Shown one piece after another: positions 19,342 to 28,503 of a stretch of 64,000 nt of DNA; the first letter of the stretch is position 1; each line of letters starts with the position of its first letter. Where the stretch lies: positions 41,573 through 105,572 of the forward strand of contig CAYSJW010000015.1 in assembly GCA_964431555.1 (NCBI GenBank). Reading direction: 5' to 3'. The translations under genes and the position numbers were made by a program. This DNA is from an uncultured Gammaproteobacteria bacterium (GTDB lineage Bacteria > Patescibacteriota > Microgenomatia > UBA8517). The notes beneath the pieces were generated by a model. The model searched no databases, had not been told where the DNA came from, and worked only from the letters and a program-made list of their open reading frames with translations.

Positions 19342-20412
19342 ATGAATATAAATGATATAGACTACTATCTTCCCCGAGAATTAATCGCGCAAAAGCCGGC
19401 AAATCCAAGAGACACATCCAAACTCTTAATTCTTAATCGAAGTTCAGGTGAAATAAAACACACCATATTTCACAACATCACAGATCATTTAGGAAAAAAA
19501 GACGTTTTGGTCTTTAACAAATCAAAAGTTTTCCCGGCCAGACTTTATGGACGAAAAAAAAGTAAGGGAAAAGTAGAAGTTCTAATTTTAAGATTTCTCG
19601 GCAAAAGCGATTCTATTTGCGAAGTAATAACTAAACCCGGTCTTTTTCTTTATGAAAAAATTCTATTTGATGGTTTTGAAGGAAAGGTAATAAAAAGAAG
19701 CGGTTATATAACTGTCATGGAATTTAATCTCCCCTACCAAAAATTTCTAAAGAAAATTAATATCTTAGGTCATACTCCAATTCCTCCTTACATAAATAAA
19801 ACCGATCTATCAGAAAAAGAACTGCGGGAAAAATACCAAACTGTCTATGCCAAAACAGTTGGATCAGCAGCAGCCCCAACCGCAGGATTGCATTTCACAA
19901 AGGAACTCTTAAGGAAAATAGAAAAAAACGGCATCCAAACAGAATTTGTTACCCTTCACATCGGATTGGGAACTTTCGCTTCAATCAAAGAAAAGGACAT
20001 AGAAAAACACAAAATTTACAAAGAATACTTTGAAGCAGACCTTGAAACAATCAAACGCTTAAATAAAGCTAAAAGGAGTGGAAAAAGAATTATCGCTGTC
20101 GGAACAACAACCACCAGAGTTCTAGAAACCTTAGTTGACGAAGATTCAAAACTAGCTTCAAAATATAATTCAAATTTTACAAATCTTTACATCTACCCTC
20201 CTTACAAATTCAAATTCGTGGACGCGTTAATAACAAATTTTCACCTTCCCAAATCAACCTTGCTTGCCTTAATTAGTGCATTTGTTTCTTTTCCAAATAC
20301 AGAAAATATATTCACCAACTTTCAATCAAGTTTATTGGGTAAAGCATACGAAGAGGCAATTGCAAAAGAATACCGGTTTTTTTCTTTTGGAGACGCCATG
20401 TTTATAATATAA
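19342..20412 (+). CDS. queA: S-adenosylmethionine:tRNA ribosyltransferase-isomerase QueA
   Basis: DYYLPRELIAQKPANPRD, VFNKSKVFPARL and GTTTTRVLE motifs. Confidence 0.9.
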   Translation: MNINDIDYYLPRELIAQKPANPRDTSKLLILNRSSGEIKHTIFHNITDHLGKKDVLVFNKSKVFPARLYGRKKSKGKVEVLILRFLGKSDSICEVITKPGLFLYEKILFDGFEGKVIKRSGYITVMEFNLPYQKFLKKINILGHTPIPPYINKTDLSEKELREKYQTVYAKTVGSAAAPTAGLHFTKELLRKIEKNGIQTEFVTLHIGLGTFASIKEKDIEKHKIYKEYFEADLETIKRLNKAKRSGKRIIAVGTTTTRVLETLVDEDSKLASKYNSNFTNLYIYPPYKFKFVDALITNFHLPKSTLLALISAFVSFPNTENIFTNFQSSLLGKAYEEAIAKEYRFFSFGDAMFII

Positions 20413-20424
20413 ATTTTAATTTTA

Positions 20425-21405
20425 CTATTGTGCGTTAATAAATTTCGGCTGTCCTACCGAAACCATGTATGTAGGCATTAGTTTATAATCGGAAATATTT
20501 CCATTTACATCGTAAATAAGCTCAACAGCAAGACCCTTTTTAGTTTCTTCACTCCACATTTGATCAAATACAAAGTTGCCCAATGAATAAAAAACTGGTT
20601 TTCCATTTATAAAATCCCAATCCTGCACCCAGTGGGGATGATGACCCATAATAACATCAGCTCCGTATTCCATTATTTCTTTTGCCAAAATCCGAACACT
20701 CTCTAAAGCCCTATCTCTGTATTCCACACCCCAATGCATAGAAACAACCAGAATATCAACTTCCTTATCAGATTCCAAAATTAAATCTACTTCATCCTTA
20801 TTTAACTTGGGATTAACTTGCTCTGACTTGTCAAAACCCAAAAAACCAAAGGTTAAACCTTTTTTTTCTATTTTCACCAGTTTACCCACTCCTGTAGTCA
20901 ATATTCCCGCTTCGGACAAATATCTAATCGTCTGATCAAGACCATTTTTACCGTAATTTTCAATATGATTATTAGCAAGATTTACAACATCAACACCGGA
21001 AAACTTTAAACCCTCAACAAAAGATTTACTTGTGCAAAAAATATAACCTGAATCCTTCATCGGACAAGAATCAATAATTGGACTCTCCAAATTAAAAAAG
21101 GCAATATCAGAACTTCTCAATGCGTTAGCAACCCATTTAAAAGGAAAGACAAAATCACCATCCTTGTAGCCTCTAATCATTACAGATCTTCCAAGCATTA
21201 CATCTCCTGCTAAAAATAGACTAACTTTACTTTTCTCATCTTTTGAATTTTTTAGGTTGTAAATGTCAAGATTATTTGAATTCTCACTTCTTTTAAGATC
21301 ATAAAAATAGAAAAATTTAAAAAACAATAAGGAAGACAAAAAAGTAACGAAAAAGACCAAAAAACACAAAACCAACCAATGAAGAAACTTCAGAAGGTTA
21401 GTCAC
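20425..21405 (-). CDS. CapA-family metallophosphoesterase (poly-gamma-glutamate synthesis-type)
   Basis: N-terminal TM segment, and the SMHWGVEY and GADVIMGHHPHW calcineurin-like motifs. Confidence 0.7.
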   Translation of the reverse strand: MTNLLKFLHWLVLCFLVFFVTFLSSLLFFKFFYFYDLKRSENSNNLDIYNLKNSKDEKSKVSLFLAGDVMLGRSVMIRGYKDGDFVFPFKWVANALRSSDIAFFNLESPIIDSCPMKDSGYIFCTSKSFVEGLKFSGVDVVNLANNHIENYGKNGLDQTIRYLSEAGILTTGVGKLVKIEKKGLTFGFLGFDKSEQVNPKLNKDEVDLILESDKEVDILVVSMHWGVEYRDRALESVRILAKEIMEYGADVIMGHHPHWVQDWDFINGKPVFYSLGNFVFDQMWSEETKKGLAVELIYDVNGNISDYKLMPTYMVSVGQPKFINAQ

Positions 21406-21414
21406 ATTTTATAC

Positions 21415-21516
21415 TTACCTTCCCCCTAATGATGCAAGGATTCCAACCACCACTACGGCTAGAACCGCACACGCAATAAGGGTATTTACTAACTCCTTAT
21501 GCTGATCCTTTGACAT
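21415..21516 (-). CDS. possible 33-aa hydrophobic micro-protein (MSKDQHKELVNTLIACAVLAVVVVGILASLGGR)
   Basis: Hand-translated. A single TM-like segment, upstream of the 21523..22350 gene. Not in the ORF track because it is under 60 aa. Confidence 0.2.
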   Translation of the reverse strand: MSKDQHKELVNTLIACAVLAVVVVGILASLGGR

Positions 21517-21522
21517 ATTCTT

Positions 21523-22350
21523 TTATAAAGCCAAAAGCACCGCTCCCGCGATAACCAATATACCAAAGCCAACACTCAACAAAGTAGGCAAGGAAAAACC
21601 TGCATCAGGAAGATTTCCACCTGCTCCAGCTGTAGGAGTTGGTGTCAAAGTTTTTGTAGGGGTTGCTGTAACAGAAGCGGTAGGTGTTGCTGTAACTGTC
21701 AATTTTAAGGTTGGAGTGGGGGTAGTTGTTACCTTAACTGAAGGTGTAGGTGAAGCAGTAACTGATCCAGCAATCGAATAACTACCTGTGCTTGTGGGAA
21801 CAAGCAAAATATCCTGCCCATCACTTTTTCTGGTTATAACAGAGTTTGCGTTATCAAATCGAATAACAAATGGTGAAACCTGCGGGCTTCTTTCAACATT
21901 CAGTTTTATATTTGCTAAAAGCGTTTCGCTTGTCGTTGTAAAACCTGCTGCTGAAGTATTTGCACAACCTATATCTATAATTACAACATCTCCACTCAAG
22001 GAGGAGTCTTGAGTGGGACAAGTCCAGTCACCCGATGACAAAAGTGAAGAATTTATTTCAATCGATGAAACAGTTATTTCTGGGGTAGAACCGGTAAAGG
22101 GATAGGTTAATCTAATAGCTACTCCGTTAACAATAACACCTTTAGGATTAAAATAAACACTTGTATTTATAGTATCCCCTACATTATAAGTACCCGTCTG
22201 GGGGTTTATAGAAACCGTTGCACTACCTGTGGGAGTTGATGCCTGTTCTTCTATATTTTGCTTTTCTTTAAGAAGCATTAAACCAGCAACAAAACCGCCT
22301 ATCGCGACAACTATAATTATCAAAGCTACAAAAACCTTCTTGGCAGACAT
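21523..22350 (-). CDS. cell-surface protein with N-terminal signal anchor, Thr/Pro-rich linker and C-terminal LPDAG + hydrophobic tail
   Basis: The linker is a TPTPT-type repeat region (TTTPTPTLKLTVTATPTASVTATPTKTLTPTPT), followed by GGNLPDAGFSLPTLLSVGFGILVIAGAVLLAL at the extreme C-terminus. Confidence 0.5.
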   Translation of the reverse strand: MSAKKVFVALIIIVVAIGGFVAGLMLLKEKQNIEEQASTPTGSATVSINPQTGTYNVGDTINTSVYFNPKGVIVNGVAIRLTYPFTGSTPEITVSSIEINSSLLSSGDWTCPTQDSSLSGDVVIIDIGCANTSAAGFTTTSETLLANIKLNVERSPQVSPFVIRFDNANSVITRKSDGQDILLVPTSTGSYSIAGSVTASPTPSVKVTTTPTPTLKLTVTATPTASVTATPTKTLTPTPTAGAGGNLPDAGFSLPTLLSVGFGILVIAGAVLLAL

Positions 22351-22515
22351 ACTTTTATCTTTATAAATTATTAAAGCATGACTAATAACATCTTTGCAAG
22401 TCCTATTTTAGGTTTAAAATAAATTACCATTTCAAAAAACTTAAATTCATAATTTCTACTATATTTTTATACCCTATTTCTATTAAAATAATAAATAAAG
22501 TCTTACGTCACCATT

Positions 22516-22588
22516 GCCGTCGTAGCTCAGATGGTAGAGCGTGCCCTTGGTAAGGGCAAGGTCACCGGTTCAATCCCGGTCGACGGCT
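22516..22588 (+). tRNA. tRNA-Thr (anticodon GGT)
   Basis: Acceptor gccgtcg/cgacggc, anticodon loop tt-GGT-aa, T-arm ccggttcaatcccgg. Confidence 0.85.
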
Positions 22589-22697
22589 CAAAATAAATTT
22601 GAAAATGTAAAATAAAGAAAAATTATTTCAAATATCGACAAGATAAAATCACAAGTGTTATAATCCTTTTGTTTAAAAAATTTAGATTCATCAAAAT

Positions 22698-22871
22698 ATG
22701 GCCAAAAAAGGAGCAAGAGAAATAGTTGGATTAATTTGTCCAAACTGCAAAAGTCAAAATTACGTAACTACACGTAACAAGATTAATATTGAAGGAAAAT
22801 TGACACTAAAAAAATACTGTAAAATCTGCAAAAAAGTAACTCTACATAAAGAAACTACAAAATTAAAGTAA
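22698..22871 (+). CDS. rpmG: 50S ribosomal protein L33
   Basis: Hand translation gives MAKKGAREIVGLICPNCKSQNYVTTRNKINIEGKLTLKKYCKICKKVTLHKETTKLK (57 aa), with the CxxC...CxxC L33 pattern. It is under 60 aa and so absent from the ORF track. It sits between tRNA-Thr and tRNA-Trp, which is the typical position. Confidence 0.85.
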   Translation: MAKKGAREIVGLICPNCKSQNYVTTRNKINIEGKLTLKKYCKICKKVTLHKETTKLK

Positions 22872-23050
22872 TATAATCAAATTAAAAATATCCTTTCTTT
22901 ATTTTTTCAAAAAATCTGGCAATTTAAAAAATAATTTTTAACTTTAAGAAGAATTTAAATATTGATATAATTAACCAACTTTATAAAAAAATATATTTTT
23001 TAAACATAATTTTCATTTTAAAAATTCAAAAAAAATCTAAGTAAAAACAA

Positions 23051-23124
23051 AGGGGTGTCGTTCAGTGGTAGGACCCGGGTCTCCAAAACCCGTGACGGGG
23101 GTTCAATTCCCTCCACCCCTGCCA
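23051..23124 (+). tRNA. tRNA-Trp (anticodon CCA), CCA end encoded
   Basis: Acceptor aggggtg/cacccct, anticodon loop ct-CCA-aa, T-arm gggggttcaattccc. Confidence 0.85.
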
Positions 23125-23312
23125 ACTATTAAACTCCCCACATTATCACTACTTTAATTACTAATATTCTATTTATCGTTCGAAAGATATCTGCCATTTA
23201 AAACTTTTCAAACTTCCTTCTTAACTTAAACTTTGAGAAAGATTGAACTTTGAGATAAACTAATTACTTACTAAGAATTAAAACATTAAATTCATTTTAA
23301 TTTTAATATTCA

Positions 23313-23358
23313 TTCCGAAAGGTTTGAACCTAATCAACCCGTCGGGTTTGAACCTAAA
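23313..23358 (-). repeat. 45-bp REP/MITE-like element, copy 2 (CTAATC + palindrome caacccgtcgggtt(t)g, flanked by ggtttgaacc direct repeats)
   Basis: Inverted homolog of 1451-1500, with about 4 mismatches over 45 bp. It lies in the intergenic region between tRNA-Trp and mntP. Confidence 0.6.
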
Positions 23359-23376
23359 TTATTTAAATTAAAACAT

Positions 23377-23940
23377 TCATGATTGTAATAAGATATGATC
23401 GATTAAAATTTTTATACTTATTACGATTAAAATAATTCCGCCAAGAATTCTTGCTTTATCATGAAGTAATTTCACACCTCTTAATCCAAAAAAACAACCG
23501 ACGAAAGAAATTATAAAGGTAACCAATCCAACTAATGGTGCGACGAATATCAAAGCTAACTTGAATACGGTAATGCTCACTCCAACAAACAATGCGTCTA
23601 TACTCGTTGCAAATGCTAAAGTAAACAAAAATTTAAAATTTGGACTATAACCACTTGATAATAAAATATTTTTATATTTACTACCTCTTAGCATTCTTAA
23701 ACCAATAAGAAAAAGAAGAAGAAAAGCCAACCAATGATCCAGACCTGAAAATAAGTGTAAAAATTTTTTATTGATTAAAACACCAAACATCAACATTAAA
23801 GAATGAAAAATTCCGAATATTAAACCTATACTCACACCAAAAGAAAGAAATTTTTTTCTTGACAAATTTCCCCCCAAAACCATAGAAACACCAAAACAAT
23901 CCATTGAAAGTCCCAATGTTATAAGCAAAATATTAAACAT
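23377..23940 (-). CDS. mntP: manganese efflux pump MntP family (DUF204)
   Basis: SMDCFGVS ... ATSIDAL.VGVS duplicated-motif membrane protein. Confidence 0.8.
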   Translation of the reverse strand: MFNILLITLGLSMDCFGVSMVLGGNLSRKKFLSFGVSIGLIFGIFHSLMLMFGVLINKKFLHLFSGLDHWLAFLLLFLIGLRMLRGSKYKNILLSSGYSPNFKFLFTLAFATSIDALFVGVSITVFKLALIFVAPLVGLVTFIISFVGCFFGLRGVKLLHDKARILGGIILIVISIKILIDHILLQS

Positions 23941-24077
23941 AAGCTCCTAAAAAGTATAGTGAAGAAATACGTTTGTTTAAAGGGTATTCGTTAAATTGTC
24001 TCTAAACAAGGATTTTAGACACTCTTTTTTAAATATAATTTAGAACTCTCCTTCTTAAAATCTACTTCCCCCAAAAT

Positions 24078-24680
24078 ATGATTTTTATAGATAAAAACAA
24101 AATATTTACAACATACATAATTCCTTGTATTATCTTTATCATGAATAAGAACTTTGCCTACATAGGCCTGATTATTTTAGCAATAACTATCACTACAGCA
24201 ATAATAATAAGAAATAATAATGTTCAAAAAAAATTTGAAGATGCTTCATCAATTACTCCCCTGCCAAAAGATAGTCAGATTTTTGATAACAACTCCGCAA
24301 CTTCATCATCAGAAAATGCTCAAACAGAAGATTTAACCACTCCTGCACAGGAAGTAACCGAACTTTTAGTCGAAGATTTGGTAGTAGGAACAGGTGCTGA
24401 AGCAATACCAGGAAAGAAAGTAACAGTGAATTATAAAGGCTTACTAACCAACGGAATTGTATTTGACAGCTCCTATAAAAGAAACCAACCATTTAGTTTT
24501 ACTTTAGGTATAGGCCAGGTTATTAAGGGTTGGGACCAGGGAGTCGCAGGAATGAAAGTTGGCGGAAAAAGAAAATTAACAATTCCTCCAGATTTAGGCT
24601 ACGGCTCTCGTGATATGGGAACAATCCCCCCAAACTCTACACTAATCTTTGAAGTCGAGTTACTGGAAGTCAAAGATTAG
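24078..24680 (+). CDS. FKBP-type peptidyl-prolyl cis-trans isomerase, membrane-anchored
   Basis: N-terminal TM segment. The C-terminal domain carries [15 protein letters not shown] and the FKBP signature [33 protein letters not shown]. Confidence 0.85.
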   Translation: MIFIDKNKIFTTYIIPCIIFIMNKNFAYIGLIILAITITTAIIIRNNNVQKKFEDASSITPLPKDSQIFDNNSATSSSENAQTEDLTTPAQEVTELLVEDLVVGTGAEAIPGKKVTVNYKGLLTNGIVFDSSYKRNQPFSFTLGIGQVIKGWDQGVAGMKVGGKRKLTIPPDLGYGSRDMGTIPPNSTLIFEVELLEVKD

Positions 24681-24758
24681 AAATTGTGATTTAGAAATAA
24701 ACTTATCTATCAAACCCGACAAGTTAAAACTTAAAACCTTATTCGCTTAATTGCTTAA

Positions 24759-26297
24759 TTAACGTTTTGTAGTAGCAAAAATAATCTCGTTACCATTATT
24801 ATCCTCGTCATCCATATCGGCTAAACCAAAAAACATTCTTTCATAATTTGATAAGGGAGGTAAAGAATCAGCTATTGTATTACATCGTCTCTTAAAATCT
24901 GGCAGCCAGCTAATATATTCCCTAGCTTCATCAGGATTAAATTCAAAACCGTCCAAAGAAATTAATTTCTTCATTTCAAGTGCCTCTCTTGTAGTGTCAA
25001 TTATAAAACCAGAAGTTAATGAATACTTTAATGCAAATTCTCTATCAATTTGTTTTCCCAATTTTCTTAGCAACCATTCAACAACATCTGTTTCAGAAAG
25101 GCCAGTATCAAACTTAAAAAATGGAAACTTACTATGAGCTGACTCAAGAAGTTCCATTATATTCCTATCAACCCTTCCACTTTTTTCGGTTTGTCCCATC
25201 TCCCGCATAATGTAATAAAGCCTTTGGGCATATAAAGGTTGCACATCTGGAGGTTTGCTCCTCCACTTATTAATTAAAAGCAAAGCATAAAGCCGAAAAT
25301 CAAAATGCTTACCATTCTCTAACATGAACCAAGCTCCTTTCATCTTCTCTTCAGCAATAAACTTAATAATCCTTGCTCCTGCTCTCGGTTTAATAAGATA
25401 AATAACCTCACCTTCTACCTTTAGAGGAAAGACATCGGACCCATACAATGCTTTAGTGGCAACCTCCCTCCCAGACACAGTAAATATTCCTGTTTCAAAA
25501 GATCTCTTAGCATCGTCTGAATAATGTAATCCCTCAAAATCCAAATATACCTGATTTGGTTCTACATCGCGCCCCGCACAATATTCACCAAAATTATCAT
25601 TAAACACAATTTCTATACCGTCCTCAGACATACCCAAAGCCAAAGCCACTCTATAATCCTCGGGGTTATTACCTAAAATTATTCCATCTCTATCAGACAT
25701 TGGATACTCTGAAAAAAGCAAGTCGTCGCTCTCCCTAAAATAACGCTTGCCAATAGCTCTTGCATCTCCCCCCTTGAGTCTAATTCTTGGATTTATGGGA
25801 ATATCATAATAACCTAGTAAATTTTTATTGTTATCATAAACTCTTACTCTTCTTACATCTACTCCATTAATTTTAAATTCAGTAATTTCAAGCCTATCAG
25901 GATATTCTTTCTTCATTTGCTCAAATGAAACAAAATTGTGTTTATACTGCTCATAATCTTTAAAAGCCGTAGGTTCAGCTAATCTTTGAGAAATTGAGGC
26001 AATACCCGCTTTAAAGCAATATATAATTTCTTCATCTTTTAATCCTTTTGCTCTTCTTTGTCTAATTTCTCTTAAACCATCTCTTAATATTCCCCTCGCT
26101 TCTTCCTGAATATATGGGTCTTCTATTTTTCTTATCTTTAACCTTATTAAATTCGCTAAAGCTACTGCTCTAGGCGACCATTCAGAAACCGGATAAAATT
26201 CTCCAGAGAAGTAGTTATACTCCGGCTTTACAATACTTGGTAGTTCGGCAACAATTTTACGAATAGCAACCCTTCTTTGATCAATTTCTTTTAACAT
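24759..26297 (-). CDS. hypothetical protein (512 aa, soluble, no recognised domain)
   Basis: Long ORF with ordinary composition and no TM segments. I could not assign a family from sequence alone. Confidence 0.5.
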   Translation of the reverse strand: MLKEIDQRRVAIRKIVAELPSIVKPEYNYFSGEFYPVSEWSPRAVALANLIRLKIRKIEDPYIQEEARGILRDGLREIRQRRAKGLKDEEIIYCFKAGIASISQRLAEPTAFKDYEQYKHNFVSFEQMKKEYPDRLEITEFKINGVDVRRVRVYDNNKNLLGYYDIPINPRIRLKGGDARAIGKRYFRESDDLLFSEYPMSDRDGIILGNNPEDYRVALALGMSEDGIEIVFNDNFGEYCAGRDVEPNQVYLDFEGLHYSDDAKRSFETGIFTVSGREVATKALYGSDVFPLKVEGEVIYLIKPRAGARIIKFIAEEKMKGAWFMLENGKHFDFRLYALLLINKWRSKPPDVQPLYAQRLYYIMREMGQTEKSGRVDRNIMELLESAHSKFPFFKFDTGLSETDVVEWLLRKLGKQIDREFALKYSLTSGFIIDTTREALEMKKLISLDGFEFNPDEAREYISWLPDFKRRCNTIADSLPPLSNYERMFFGLADMDDEDNNGNEIIFATTKR

Positions 26298-26596
26298 AAA
26301 TAGAGGATTTTATACAAATTGATTCTAATAGTCAAAAAACAAACCCTAAGAAGTATAACAAGTAAAAAACTATCCTTTTTTCTTGGAACTTTTCTGAATA
26401 AAAAACTTAATTCAATCTACAGTCTAAAACTTATTAATTACCAATTTTGCATCCGTTAATAAATAACTTTGAAACATTTTTAATAATTCTAAAAATAAGA
26501 TTGTTTTTTAGTTTATTCTATTGAAGCATCACAAATTAAACTTTTATCATTTCACCTCACCAACAATTTGAAAAAAAATCCTTGCTAAACTACATT

Positions 26597-26612
26597 GATG
26601 ATTCGAATCATC
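26597..26612. promoter_or_regulatory. perfect 16-bp palindrome gatgattc|gaatcatc (20 bp with 1 mismatch), upstream of the 512-aa gene
   Basis: Read directly. It sits in a 380-bp AT-rich intergenic region, about 300 bp upstream of the start of the 24759..26297 gene. Confidence 0.3.
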
Positions 26613-26677
26613 GATACACTTGAATAAAACGTCAAAAGGAAGTTGAGGTACCTTGTGAATATTTATTTCTACCTCCC

Positions 26678-27442
26678 TCACTGTTTTGCCTTTTTTCTTT
26701 TTAAATACAACCTCTCACTTTCCAACAGCTCCTCTTTCGTATTAACCCCTATACCAACATACTCAAAGGGAACTTTAAGACCGACCACAAACTTACCCTC
26801 ATCCACAGCAGTTTTAACCAAATCAGTCAGATAATACTCACCGGAGGCAGATGATTTTTTCAGCTTTTTCAAGGCAGATCTTAAGAACTCCCAGCGAAAA
26901 CAGTACAAGCCGGCGTTAAGCTCCTTAATTTGTTTTTGTTTACCGGTTGCATCTTTCTGCTCAACAATTGCTTTAAAATTCCCAAATTTATCCCTAATAA
27001 TTCTCCCCCAAGCCAGCAAATTAGGAAATTTATACTCACAAGTTACTATACTTAAGACTGCTTTGCTTTTATCCAAAATTTTAATCAGTTTCTTTATAAT
27101 TTTCTTTGTATAAAACATCATATGATCACCATATCCAACCAAAACATATTTAGGATTAAGATTTTTCTTTTGAATTTCTTCAACTGCAACCTTTGTAGCA
27201 TGACCAGTCCCTAAACGTTTCCTTTGCTTTACAAAGATAATCTTCGGATTATTTCCCACCGCCTCAATCACGCCCTTAGCTCCAACACCAACAACAACAA
27301 AAATATACTCAGCGACCTTCAAAAACAAATCAGAAGAGTATCTTACAAGAGGCTTTCCGGCAAAATAGCTTACAGTTTTATTAAATCCCTTTGCTTTGAA
27401 TCTTTTTCCTTTCCCTGCAGCTAAAATAATACCAATAATCAT
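26678..27442 (-). CDS. sugar-phosphate nucleotidyltransferase (GlmU N-terminal-like NTP-transferase domain)
   Basis: The GxGxR-type motif LAAGKGKRF, plus YVLVGYGDHMMF and AGLYCF. Confidence 0.7.
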   Translation of the reverse strand: MIIGIILAAGKGKRFKAKGFNKTVSYFAGKPLVRYSSDLFLKVAEYIFVVVGVGAKGVIEAVGNNPKIIFVKQRKRLGTGHATKVAVEEIQKKNLNPKYVLVGYGDHMMFYTKKIIKKLIKILDKSKAVLSIVTCEYKFPNLLAWGRIIRDKFGNFKAIVEQKDATGKQKQIKELNAGLYCFRWEFLRSALKKLKKSSASGEYYLTDLVKTAVDEGKFVVGLKVPFEYVGIGVNTKEELLESERLYLKRKKAKQ

Positions 27443-27495
27443 ATATGGTTACTATAAAATAACTCCTTTAAAAACTGCAGTTAGTAAAAAATTCA

Positions 27496-27813
27496 CTAAA
27501 AAGAATCACTTCCCCAAAGTTTCTGGAATATTTTTGTAAGCTCAACAACACGCTTATCAGCAATTTTATATATAGCCTTTTGTCCCTCTCTTCTAACAGA
27601 AACAATTTTTAGATAACGCAATATAGTCAAATGCTGTGAAGTATTTGGCTTCCTAATTTTCAATATTTCAGAAAGCTCATCTAATGAAACGTCACGATCT
27701 TTAAGGATATCTATTATTTTAAGACGGAGTGGATTTGCTAGGAGTTTATAAACTTCAGCGTTCCTTTGATAATCTATTTTTTGCATTTTTGACTGGTTTT
27801 CCGTCTTTTTCAT
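27496..27813 (-). CDS. ArsR/SmtB-family transcriptional regulator
   Basis: YKLLANPLRLKIIDILK...LDELSEILKIRKPNTSQHLTILR is a winged HTH. The start is taken at the internal Met (MKKTENQ); the track ORF extends to 28011 and overlaps the next gene. Confidence 0.75.
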   Translation of the reverse strand: MKKTENQSKMQKIDYQRNAEVYKLLANPLRLKIIDILKDRDVSLDELSEILKIRKPNTSQHLTILRYLKIVSVRREGQKAIYKIADKRVVELTKIFQKLWGSDSF

Positions 27814-27875
27814 GGTGGCAGTATATTCTACACCATTTGTAAAGATTTTAATAACACCAGTTTTTACAAACCTAA

Positions 27876-27907
27876 AAGGAGGTGTTAAAAAACACCTCCT
27901 TTTTTTT
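27876..27907. terminator. intrinsic terminator hairpin (11-bp perfect stem aaggaggtgtt/aacacctcctt, 4-nt loop) with T-tracts on both sides
   Basis: Read directly. On the + strand it is followed by six or more Ts, and on the - strand by TTTTAGG. It lies between the CpxP-like gene and the ArsR gene. Confidence 0.6.
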
Positions 27908-27923
27908 GAAAAATAGGTCAAAT

Positions 27924-28427
27924 TTATTGACCGCCACCCATCATAAATCTCCCTCCCGGTTTGACTAACCCATTCATTCCAAACCCCTTTCCAAAACCCA
28001 TACCCAAACAACCTAAATTAGTTTCATTAATTCCCTCTGATTTAAGCCAGTTTCTAAATTCTTCTTGAATAGACTGCATTTTCTCCCTTCTTTCTTCAAA
28101 TGACAAATTTCTGGCTTTCTCCATTTCATCATTTATTTTTTCATGCCAATCCAAAATCGCCTCTTTTTGAGCTTTTGAAATCTTTCCTTCAGAAACTAAA
28201 TCATCCAACCTATCGGCAAAACGTGCAAATTTTTCTGCCCTTCTCTCATCTCTCTCCTCATCAAAAACTTTTTCAACTTCGCTTACATTCAGACTGAAAC
28301 GATCGGCAATTCTTTGAACTATCGGAGGATAATTGGAAGTCTCAAGCGCTTTGGCATTACTTGCTAAAATCCCTACAAGTAAAACCGACAAAGCCAAAAT
28401 TGATGGTAAGATTATTTTCTTTCGCAT
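27924..28427 (-). CDS. periplasmic CpxP/Spy/ZraP-like stress protein with Met/Gly-rich C-terminus
   Basis: Signal peptide, a charged coiled-coil middle, and the C-terminus GCLGMGFGKGFGMNGLVKPGGRFMMGGGQ. Its position next to the HK/RR pair fits the cpxP or zraP arrangement. Confidence 0.5.
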   Translation of the reverse strand: MRKKIILPSILALSVLLVGILASNAKALETSNYPPIVQRIADRFSLNVSEVEKVFDEERDERRAEKFARFADRLDDLVSEGKISKAQKEAILDWHEKINDEMEKARNLSFEERREKMQSIQEEFRNWLKSEGINETNLGCLGMGFGKGFGMNGLVKPGGRFMMGGGQ

Positions 28428-28503
28428 TCTTTATTCACCTCCTCCCTGGCATATTATTATTTTCAAAATTTTATAGGTACTTTCTGAGAAAAGGCTTAAA
28501 AAA

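Noticed and set aside
21523-22350. Calling the C-terminal LPDAG a sortase LPxTG signal.
   Set aside because: The motif deviates (D-A instead of x-T) and the tail lacks the positively charged end. It is reported only as a possible non-canonical sorting signal, not as a sortase substrate.
27874-27908. Interpretation of the strong hairpin + T8 as a terminator for a plus-strand gene.
   Set aside because: No plus-strand gene ends upstream of it; the plus-strand ORFs there are antisense shadows. It is interpreted as a bidirectional terminator serving the minus-strand CpxP-like gene, whose 3' side is UUUUAGG.
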